Positions 53,641-64,000 of a stretch of DNA of 64,000 bases are shown here, piece by piece; positions within the stretch are counted from its first letter, which is position 1; every line of letters begins with the position of its first letter. The notes under the pieces were generated by a model. The model was given only the letters and a program-made list of their open reading frames with translations, searched no databases and was not told the origin of the DNA. Location of the stretch: positions 52,093,357 through 52,157,356 of the forward strand of contig NC_068989.1 in assembly GCF_001194135.2 (NCBI RefSeq), in the 5' to 3' direction. Source of the stretch: Octopus bimaculoides (taxonomy: Eukaryota). The position numbers and the translations under genes were made by a program.

Positions 53641-55011
53641 CCGACACAAGAAAAAGGAATTTCATAGATAATAATAACGATTTCGTATGTTTAATTTGTA
53701 TCGGAGCTTGTCTTTCTGAGATTTTTTACTTTTAACTGCACAATACTACATGAAACAATGTCAGCCACCCGAATGCTGTCCATCATGTACCAGATATTCA
53801 GTTTCGATCATTGAGAAATATATAAGTAATTTCGGTCACGATTCGGTGTTGTCTATTACTGAGAGGAGACATCCTTGTATTTGTAAGATAAAAGGTGCGA
53901 ATCGTCAAATTAGAAGAAACTTATCTTGCGCACGTTACGTGCAAGGGTGACAATTAGTTATTTGTCGGATTCTAACATTGCATGTGTACGCAAATATGCA
54001 TATGTACCTGTAACGATGTGTATATGTGAGCATGCTTATGTGTTATACTTTAATGCAATTGGAATTTTGTGAAACATTTGCAAGCCGTACACGTCATTAG
54101 CTTTGGAATAAGGGAATTGCGTAGGCATGAGTCAGCTGATCCCAAAAGTTTATATTATATATCACGTTCATACTTTGTTGTCCGCTACCGTCTACGCAAG
54201 CGATCTCGATTCAGTTCTTTCTATATTCGCTCGTTACACATTACTTGTACAGAACAATAGGTTCTTAAACACTTCCGAAACAAAACGTAATGCATAATGA
54301 AGTACTTAATACATAATAAGTAACATAATATAGTAACTTAATACATAATAAAGAAACACCATTTCTGTATGAAAACTGAGTTTCAAAATGCCTGTGTAAA
54401 TATGAGATAGTTGCTTAAAGAGGCTGATCATCTGACTACCCAATAAGGACCGGTATATAGCTTGAATCACAAAATTAATTATGTAATTATCACGTATGTT
54501 AATCTCCCGAAAATTAACGCTGTTACACATACAGACTGGCATGATAAGATATAAGAGAGGGGATAAATACTGGAAACTGCCACACTAAATGGTATTGCCC
54601 AGATGTTGAAGCATTGTGATATCCGGTTGGGCAGCTGGAGATGGAGACATTATGCTTGATTAAGAATTTCTTATATCTTAGTCACGCTACTCTGAACTGC
54701 ATTTCATTTCTTCATTCTTGTAAAGTGGATAGTACTTGTGGATTTATAGCTTATAGTGACCATTTAGTCTGTTAATGTTAGGTTTTCTTCATACGTAATC
54801 TAATTAGATTTGGACAAAGCTTAGATATTGGTGTCTACATTTGGAGATTATGTGGTATATATTTATATATATACTCACACAGTAACCCATATACAAAATC
54901 CAAAATAATTTATAGCCACATGCATAATATGTGTGTGTATGTGTGTATCCCCTGTGAGTGTATCCCTGTGTGGGTGTGTGCGTGCGCGTGTGGGGCTGTG
55001 AGCGCATGTGG

Positions 55012-55074
<63 letters not shown>

Positions 55075-55079
<5 letters not shown>

Positions 55080-56290
55080 GAAGTGCTTTATCGAATAATT
55101 CTAGAAATACTGGGGCTAAGAAGATAGGAAAAACGTGGGTCACTGATGAAGCCTTATGAAGACTGACCCTAGAGGAAGACCAAGCCAAATGGTGAGGAAG
55201 CAAATCAGTTATATACCGCTGTGTATAGTGGTTAGTGAGTAAATTAATGATACCAAAAGGAAATGGATAACAGACAAACACAAAATCATAGATGGGATAA
55301 AGAATTGTAAGAGCAAAGTTTTTATAATGAAATCCACAAAATTTTAATGAAAGAAAAGACAGAAACCCATGACGACTAACATTGAGGACAAATCCAGCCT
55401 CGTACCTACAAATTATACTGATGTCATTTCTCAGTATTGCAATGACCTTTGCAATCATCAACATCATAGATACTGTGAATAATAACAACAGAGTATTTGT
55501 GGATACTCCAATTCTACAGAAGGGAGCAAAAGCGGTAGTGCGTATGCTTGAGGATGGAAAATCCCCTGGGGACGACAATGTACCACTAGAGATTTAAAAA
55601 CCTGGAAGATCAAAATTTATAAAAGAACTGACAATTTATTGTTAGGGGATATGTCACGAAGCAATGCCCTGAAGAATGGAATCAATCACTAATGATACCG
55701 ATTTCCAAGAAAAATAACTTACGACTGCCATAAATTTTCAACAACTAGAGCCAGTCTAATTAACCATCTCAGCAACGAATTTCTGAAAAGAAATCGTGGA
55801 AGTAGAACAAGCTGGATCTTGGCGCAAAAAGAGTTCAGTAGAGCAAATATTTAACATCAGACTCATCACTATCAATCATCCGCAGCACGAACCTGAACGT
55901 TATTACAACCTCCCCAACTTCAAAACGGCCTTTGCATATAATTGGCACGTTGGGTTCTTCGACAACACCCTCATCAGAGTGATTCAAACTCTATAAAAAT
56001 TCAAAAAATACAGTTCTCCTGAACATCTGAGAATTCTTGAGGACAATGTAGATGTTTTACAACATATTCCTGGAGAAAATCTTGCAGAAGACGCGCCTAG
56101 GCTTCTACGCATCTGTTTCCATTGAAGGCAGCGCACTTCAAGCCTAACCTACGCTTTACTGGTAAAATTGATCTGTTAGAAATCAGTGGAGGTAAACTCC
56201 TTCCCACCAGACTGGGACGAGAATCAGGAGCTTAAGAGATGGAGATCAACAGAAAAAAGAGCAAGATACAGGATAACATTAATCACCAGA
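55075..56290 (+). mobile_element. Decayed RTE-type LINE (linker plus RT N-terminal domains)
   Basis: KTWVTDEAL; PILQKGAKAVVRMLEDGKSPGDDNVPLEI; CPEEWNQSLMIPISKK; EQAGSWRKKSSVEQIFNIRL; NFKTAFAYNWHVG (cf. EEQAGFR..RSTVEQIFN.R...DFKKAFDRVWH). Confidence 0.85.
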
Positions 56291-56699
56291 AAATAGCAAT
56301 ATATGGTTAATTAAAGCCCTTCCGCGATAATCTTTGTATTTCACTGAATTAATATTCCTCATTTCATTTGTAAGTAGCTGAGTGTTACATTGATACCTGT
56401 ATTACTTATATAAATTTAGAGCTAATTTAAACAAGGGCGACGTGCTGCTTGAAACAACATACAATTATTCGGACTAGATAGTATTTAGTACACCAACACA
56501 GCTTCATCAAAAATGCAAAGTTCGACATGAAGCAAGAGAAAAATGTTTGTCCAAGTTATCACACGGTAATTAATCTCTGGATCCAGTTATTGCGTAACGA
56601 AACTTCTAAACCGTTCGTCCATATTGTGTCGATGAAACATGCACGCCCACACATACACATTCCTATTTCTTTTTGGAACGGAATTTCGAAGCACATATA

Positions 56700-56828
56700 A
56701 GGCTATAAATAATAGCAAAGAAACATTTGACTGCACAGCACTTTAGATAGAAGCCGAATGTTACCTCTTGTACTCGAACCCTCGTCTTCTGAAGACGTGA
56801 AAGGCATTCGACCAATTTGCTCTCTCGA
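56700..56828 (-). mobile_element. tRNA-like head (SINE or tRNA pseudogene)
   Basis: Minus strand agcaaattggtcgaatgcc...gagggttcgagtac carries A-box-like and B-box motifs; no complete cloverleaf was seen. Confidence 0.45.
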
Positions 56829-57103
56829 AGATTTATTAACTCATATGACGCCTCCAACAATCAATTACAGCTGAAAAATTTGAAGGAGTGATTTGGGCCA
56901 ATGGTAGAACGCCTGCCCGAGTCCTACCGCAGCCTTTGAGCTTTTCTAACCAAAAGTATTTCTTAACAAGATATTTACTTACTGTTTATTACAGCAAATT
57001 GCGCCTCGGAATTGAATTCTTCCAAACCACTAGTTCCCGTTCTTTCGAAAGTTTATATGTACTTATTATGCCAGTAATATATATATAACTTTATATGTAT
57101 GTA

Positions 57104-57171
<68 letters not shown>

Positions 57172-59050
57172 AACTTATAGATAGATAAATAGATGGATAG
57201 ATAAATATATTCATATTGAATTTATTAATATATTTCTGTTGTGCGATTTGCTGGAGCATTGCACTATAATCTTACAATATATAGTACTCACTGTTAAGTT
57301 TCCGAGTCCGAGGTCATCTTTAATGTCACACATTACGGGATGGATAGAGCAGAATTCCATTCAGTAAGTACAATCGAAATAACGAACTGGTATTCATCTC
57401 TCTCTGTCATCTACAAGCAGCAATATTACACTTATGAACATGAGATAATTAATATTCAAAATATCCAGAGCGCTCTATATCGCTTATAATTTTCGAATCA
57501 CTTTCAGTGAACGTCAGTATTGTTACGTTTGAGAAGCAGAAAAAATGGAAAATGATATTTAAATTTAGAGTACTTCGATTGTTAGATAAGTCTCCGAGGT
57601 ATCCGTTTTGTGCTGCATGATTTGCTTTGCCATTAACATAAAGTAACAAACCAAAACTGATTTTGTTTCTATATTCACTATTTTCCTATGCACCATTCCA
57701 GTTAGAATATATGTCAGATATTTCTCGTAATCAAAGTTAGATATATATTGATGTGATCACTACTGGTGCACAGTGTAAGTCTATACGTCTCTATAAATGT
57801 TGATAGCCTCAAGAATAGCAAGACAAATACTATAAATATATAACGGGCTAAATGAAGCTTCTGTCAACAGCGGTGGAAAGTTTTCATGCAATGATGGATA
57901 TCCTTCAAATACGCCTCATTTAAAATGGAGTAAATATATTTCCTTTCAGTAATATACTTCCACATATGACGGGCTAATGTATATACATTGAATAAGCAAA
58001 CAGAAATTCTTTTCTCAAATTTTTTGGATCTGTCACAAACAAAAAGTTTCATATACGTAGCAAGCGCATATATGTATGTATGAACGTATGTATATATGCA
58101 TGTATGTATGTATATACATATAAATATATGTGTGTGCGTTATATGTATAGTTATATATATCATATTATACATACTGTATATGTTATGTNNNNNNNNNNNN
58201 NNNNNNNNNNNNNNNNNNNNNNNNNNNNNNNNNNNNNNNNNNNNNNNNNNNNNNNNNNNNNNNNNNNNNNNNNNNNNNNNNNNNNNNNNNNNNNNNNNNN
58301 NNNNNNNNNNNNNNNNNNNNNNNNNNNNNNNNNATATATATATATATATATATATAAGTAAACCTGTGTAGTATTAAAGCTACGTTTGTTCGTCGTTTAG
58401 TATGGTAACTTAATAGACGTGGCGCTGAAGTAGCATTACTGGTTCTCATTGTCGTTCTTAGACAAACAGAAAAAAAGAGAGAACATCTGCGTTGTTCCAT
58501 TCTTAAAATGAAATGAATAGCATTAACATTAGTTGTATCTTTGTAGCTTAACTTATTTCATGCTTTCTTCCTTTTCACTCTTTCGTATTCCTCTTTTCTT
58601 CTTCAGCATTGTCTACCCATGCTGAAAGAAACTGTGGAAGTACTTTAGTAACTGTCACTTGAAATCAATAGCCTGGCCGTATATACCTTATGTTTAATGG
58701 TTAAAATCTTATTTACTAATGGCATCCGTAACTGCTTTGGTAAACTATTGTTTGTTTGCCTTTCAGTGGCCGATATAATAATTTATCGTCAATTAGCATT
58801 TGTTGGGCATTTTCTTATAAATCTTTATAATCATATCATATCGATTTTGTTTCAAATGTGTCTCATCGTTATATTTTTATAGATATGATAACTGGTATCA
58901 AACGTATCAATATTTATACACACACATGCCTAAATGGCTACCACTACACAGACATATACTTACTCACACACACACACACACACACACACTCACTCACACA
59001 AAAAGCACACACATGCACACATAACTACACACACTCGCAAACACGCACAT

Positions 59051-59087
<37 letters not shown>

Positions 59088-59387
59088 NNNNNNNNNNNNN
59101 NNNNNNNNNNNNNNNNNNNNNNNNNNNNNNNNNNNNNNNNNNNNNNNNNNNNNNNNNNNNNNNNNNNNNNNNNNNNNNNNNNNNNNNNNNNNNNNNNNNN
59201 NNNNNNNNNNNNNNNNNNNNNNNNNNNNNNNNNNNNNNNNNNNNNNNNNNNNNNNNNNNNNNNNNNNNNNNNNNNNNNNNNNNNNNNNNNNNNNNNNNNN
59301 NNNNNNNNNNNNNNNNNNNNNNNNNNNNNNNNNNNNNNNNNNNNNNNNNNNNNNNNNNNNNNNNNNNNNNNNNNNNNNNNNNNNNNN

Positions 59388-59420
<33 letters not shown>

Positions 59421-59844
59421 CGTATTTCAAATAATATGTATCTCTCACCAGATAGACCACTGAGCTGCACATTATGTGTTTGTGTGTACGTGCGTGGGTA
59501 TGTGTGTGTGTGTGTGCATAGATAGAAATTTAACAGAAAGCAATTTTAAGCTGCAATCAATTTACTTTCTGAATAATAGTTTGAAAGCTAAATATACGAA
59601 AGAATGTCCTGACAGGAAATGAGGAATCACCACAACATATGTTATACACACATTCTTATAAACACACATACTTATAAACTTACACATATACACACGCACG
59701 CACATAAACACACAAACACACACAAATACACACACACTCACACACACACACATATATATATATATGCATATATATAAAATAACGAGCGTAACTAGATCCA
59801 ATATAAAACCAAAAAAGAAAATATGAATAGTGACTGAGGATGAA

Positions 59845-60400
59845 GGGACCAGCAGATGAAATGACCTTGGCCTTCTTTGCAGCAAGTAAAGAGGGATGTT
59901 TCCAGAACTCATCCTAGGTTAGGTATTGCTCAAGGACTTAGGTTGGATCAGCATCAAACAATGTCCGATATTCCCTCTGATGGAATCAGCTTGCTACGCT
60001 TCTCATCAGGTATCAGGAGACGTGTTACCTACCGAGAATAAGCTTTCGTCATATCAGGATCCTTGTGCAGAATACTTTCTATTCTCTCACGGGATACACT
60101 AATAGCCTTGGCTATTTGATTGCTTTATTCTCTCGTGGGATACACTAATAGCATTGGCTATTTGATTGCTTGTCATTCATCAATATGTGGTGATCGCGAT
60201 CAGGGTTTCCTTAGCGTTGTAGCTGGATAAGTCCAGACCTTGATTCATCCTCCGTACCCCTTCTAAATTCAGCTGCCCGTTTTACATAGTCGATAACGGT
60301 GGAACGCCATCCCTAATGTAGCAACAATGTCATCATGAGTCTTTGGGGGATAAAGCCATTTCTAGCAGATACGATACCAAATTCTGTCCATTTCCAAAGC
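59845..60400 (-). mobile_element. Mariner transposase 5' half, decayed, with a 46-bp internal tandem duplication
   Basis: MDRIWYR; DIVATLG; AAEFRRG; NQIANAISVSHERI; SILHKDPDMTKAYSR.VTRLL (cf. WVPR.L); AAKKAKVISSAG. Duplication at 60081-60126 and 60127-60171. Confidence 0.85.
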
Positions 60401-61421
60401 CAATCATCACTAGTTACACTTGTACACTTCATTGAATAGTTAGATGTCATTTTATTTCAAAACAAACAATGCTGTTACTGATTAAGAGATTTCAGTTTAA
60501 TGCATGCAATATTTTCTAGTTTGCATGATTCTTTCATAGTCAGCCTATTAACTTTTCATCTCACCCTCGTAGTATATAAATAAATGTTAACTGAGAAAAT
60601 TTATAAGCCAAAGCTCTGAATTATGTGTACGTTAGAAAACAGAGGGGAAAAAAATTCTGATGTGTAACCACAAGTCCTATTGTTATACCTCTGGCATTCC
60701 ATATTGTTGTGCAAGAACTTTCGAGAAAATTCCACGCTTATATGATACGATATCAGTTCTGGAGACTATTCCAAACTTGACGATATCCTTAATCATTCAA
60801 AACAACCATAACTTCCAGGTTTCTTTTATAAGATTTTTTTCCAATCTCTCTATTGTTCGTTGTAAAGCCATAAATTTGAGCAGTAATCCAACTTGCAGTT
60901 AACAAACAATTTTAAGTTCCAGTAACACTCCTGGTTCTCTTAAAACTAGTGTCTCAAAATCTATATGGTAAAAGAAAAATTGAATAGTCTCCCACATATC
61001 TATATCTACTGCTTCTAAGGTATTTTGATTTATAAGTATTGGTTCTGTAACTTAACGAGATAGTAAATGGCTCACCTACATTAAAATGTGGGATAAATCG
61101 AGCACTGTATTTCTTTATTTAACATTTTCTGATGCTCACTATAATGTCTCGTTTGTGCAAAATATATCATTTTGAGTAGGATAAGTGTGGTCTGATTTTT
61201 ATTAGAGTTTCAAACGATCTTAGAGTATCAGAGAATCATTTACTCGTCATTATCAATGGAAGACGCGATACCGGTGTAATCTCTTTCCTTGAGCTTGCCT
61301 TCTACTGTACTGTTTATAATCAACCGTTCGCTTTGATTTTGTAGAACTATGTCATAACGTATGTATGTATGCTTGCATGTAAATATGTGTGCGCACGTGT
61401 GTGTGGATCTGATTATATGTG

Positions 61422-61454
<33 letters not shown>

Positions 61455-63201
61455 ACGCACAAACACACACGTATATATCTATGTGTATATAGCCGTGAGC
61501 ATTTGTTTGTAGAATGTGCGAGCATGAGCATGCTTACATATAAGCTTATTTATACCATAGCCGAATCTGAATCGGTATGGCTAACCACGAGTTCCGTTCC
61601 ACTTTCAGCATCATAAACAACTGCCTTCAACTATGTCCATGAGCCAATCATTGTCACGTGAGTGAATTTACTAGACGTGAAATTATTGGAAATGTGTTTG
61701 CGTGTGGGCGCGCATGCTTGTATGTGTATGTGTGTGTATGTGTCTATGCGTAAGTACGTCTCTCAACGCATGTTAGCGTATGTAAATTTTCCAGATGAGG
61801 TATCACTGACTAACGTACTACCAAGCATCATACTGCTTTTACTTATTGTCCCCAACGTTCGAACTTATAAAAATTGCTGCACAAAAGCAACGAAAGAGTT
61901 ATGGTAAATTAATTGTGAATGAATCCTCATCCATATCCTTATTTTTACTCACCGTTATGAAAATGACTTAATTGAATCTATGAAACATAATATTATCTCA
62001 GTGAACGTTTAGTTTACAAAGGATATCGATTTTTTTCACTGTTATTTAACTGAAATTTAATCAAATTCATGTAAAATGTGAAATTAATTTTGACTTTTCT
62101 CAAAGTATAATCTCATGTTTTATTTGTCTATAAAATCTCATCTTATCTATGTTTGAATGTTAGGCGATAATGCATTCACATGAAACATTTGCAGGTGTTG
62201 AATTAATGAACGCAACACTATATTGTCGGTAGGCGAGTTAGAATTAGAGATAAAGTGACCTCACGCATGCTACTCTTTAAAAACTGGAAAAACACATTAG
62301 ATATATAATCCAAGGTATCAAAGGCCTTAGATATGATCTAAAAATTGAGTCTTTCATCATTAATTCCTTAAATATGTCAACAATTATAAAATGATATTAC
62401 CAAAAATAATTATACTTTCAGATAACTTATTGTTCATCTTTTCATTGTTTTAAATAAATTAAACTATATAAAAATCTGGGTATATTAACATCGTTAATTT
62501 TGCGTTTTTTTTTTTTTTTCATTTTTATATATTAAGGATTTTGTTCACAATTCTCCTTCATTAAATATATCAGTTTTGTCGACTTCCCATTATTATAAAC
62601 TATTTAACACACATGATCGAGCATATTTAGAATTTCCAAACACGATTACTAAGAATAGAAAACATAAACCGAATAATATAAAGCATAGTATTTTGTTTTA
62701 CGCGTAAGACTATTGTCCATAAAAAATTATTATCTATAGCCAAGATTGATAATATTTTTACCAGTATCGTAGTAACGAAATCAATTTTAAAGAGATCAAA
62801 TACTTAGTTGATTGATTTATTTTAAAATACATCTATCATTAGTACTACGGACACAAATATTACTGAAGCATTGTATCACTTGAACTAAGCACGTACAGTT
62901 AATAAAATTTTAAAGCATTTACTAAGTCTCACGCACAATTTATAAAATGTTTTTTAGCAAGTTCTAATCGAAAATATTGACATGTTCTTATATTTAGGAT
63001 AATTATTGAAGCATGAATGGTCTGGAATACATTAGTAACGACATGATTTGTTTTACTTAACCCGAGACTAAAGCATACTTAGTTTTCAAATATGTATATC
63101 ATCGTAAGGGTAATTTGTAGGCTATCATTGGCCAGACATTTAAAAATATAAATGTACACAAACACAGAAACACGCACAAACACAGAAACACACACAAACA
63201 C

Positions 63202-63236
<35 letters not shown>

Positions 63237-64000
63237 AACACACACAAACACCGATCCATGCAGTGTTTCTCAATTGTCCTATATACATAAAGGGAATAGT
63301 GTTTAGCACTAATTCCAACGAATCCTACTTTTTGCATTAGAGACGTGAACGTAGAGAAGCAAGTAATAATTATTCCATGAATCCGCTGTTCAGCACAGTT
63401 ACATATTGACTGATATGTGGACATCTGTTTCTCTAATGAGTTTACCATAATTTTATCTAAAAAGTGTATTCTTTGTAGCCATAGAATAGTATTTAACAAA
63501 TGTAGTGAAATAACATTCAGTATTATGGCTAAAATTGTGTACTAGTCTTCCACACAATAGATTCACTGATATCACCTTATGCCTTTCGAAGATATGCTGC
63601 AATATTTATGCCACAGGCACTAAAATGAGTTTAATATCACACTCAATCCTCATAAAAACTGAATATATTTTTAGTATTAATACAACAGGGTTAATCAAAC
63701 ATAATTATTTATCCTCGAAGTAAATGTTTTGCCTGAAGCTCGTCATATACGTATCTGATTTGTTTAAATGAAGACGAACACTTCTAGCATATTTTGGATT
63801 CGTATACAAACTTAGAACATATATGATGTGTGAGACGTATATTTGATAGAGAACATACTTCCAACGATGTATAGCATACACACCAATATAAGTAATTAGG
63901 TGTCTGATTTATAAATGTTTCCCCATCATCTTCGGGCTACACAACTAACAGAAGAAAACTCTGAAAGAGTATATAATACATAAATATACAAAAGACGTCC

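Larger units (their letters stand above)
7458..59387. other. 15 assembly gaps (N runs), nearly all flanked by microsatellites
   Basis: 7458-7805, 11400-11823, 14450-14731, 18376-18416, 22653-22856, 23693-23702, 25358-25434, 28570-28966, 33000-33009, 36359-36457, 38473-38671, 46069-46758, 49890-50081, 58189-58333, 59088-59387. Confidence 0.98.

Noticed and set aside
55138-55168. GGTCA-CTGATGA...TGACC, hammerhead-like
   Set aside because: No GAAA, helix III or cleavage triplet; it lies within RTE coding sequence (TWVTDEAL).
57299-57605. Two possible plus-strand exons (SESEVIFNVTHYGMDRAEFHS; NVSIVTFEKQKKW...)
   Set aside because: Phases are incompatible with each other, splice sites are weak and no homologue is recognised.
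7438-59472. Many long ORFs rich in X, YI, CV, HT or ER repeats
   Set aside because: Produced by N-gaps and (TA)n/(CA)n/(GA)n microsatellites.
63285-63499. ~70-aa non-repetitive part of a minus-strand ORF
   Set aside because: Length is within chance expectation; no motif or convincing splice sites.
1-64000. CRISPR arrays, rRNA, intact tRNA, prokaryotic operons
   Set aside because: No regularly spaced repeat-spacer array or such genes were seen; the sequence is eukaryotic repeat-rich DNA.

Overview
Eukaryotic, AT-rich, microsatellite-dense sequence from a gapped short-read assembly, with 15 N-gaps that almost all abut (TA)n/(CA)n/(CT)n tracts. The SINE families look like those of Octopus, so the window is probably intergenic or intronic coleoid cephalopod DNA (inference from recalled consensus sequences). 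I recognised no host protein-coding gene, RNA gene or CRISPR array, and most ORFs in the supplied track are microsatellite or gap artefacts. The interpretable content is decayed mobile DNA: two R4/Dong-type LINEs, one CR1-group LINE, several RTE fragments, two Penelope-like elements (PLEs), two Helitron RepHel remnants, a hAT transposase, two mariner remnants, a DD37D (maT) element, a MITE and several tRNA-derived SINEs. Most worth follow-up: (1) an internally deleted PLE retaining inverted and direct terminal repeats and a hammerhead ribozyme; (2) a ~4.3 kb inverted-repeat structure right after a second PLE; (3) a ~2.6 kb unassigned stop-depleted minus-strand region that may be an old endogenous viral element (weak evidence); (4) a 3' tail shared by a SINE and the CR1-group LINE. 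All protein assignments come from hand translation and motif recognition, not database searches. Element boundaries are approximate.
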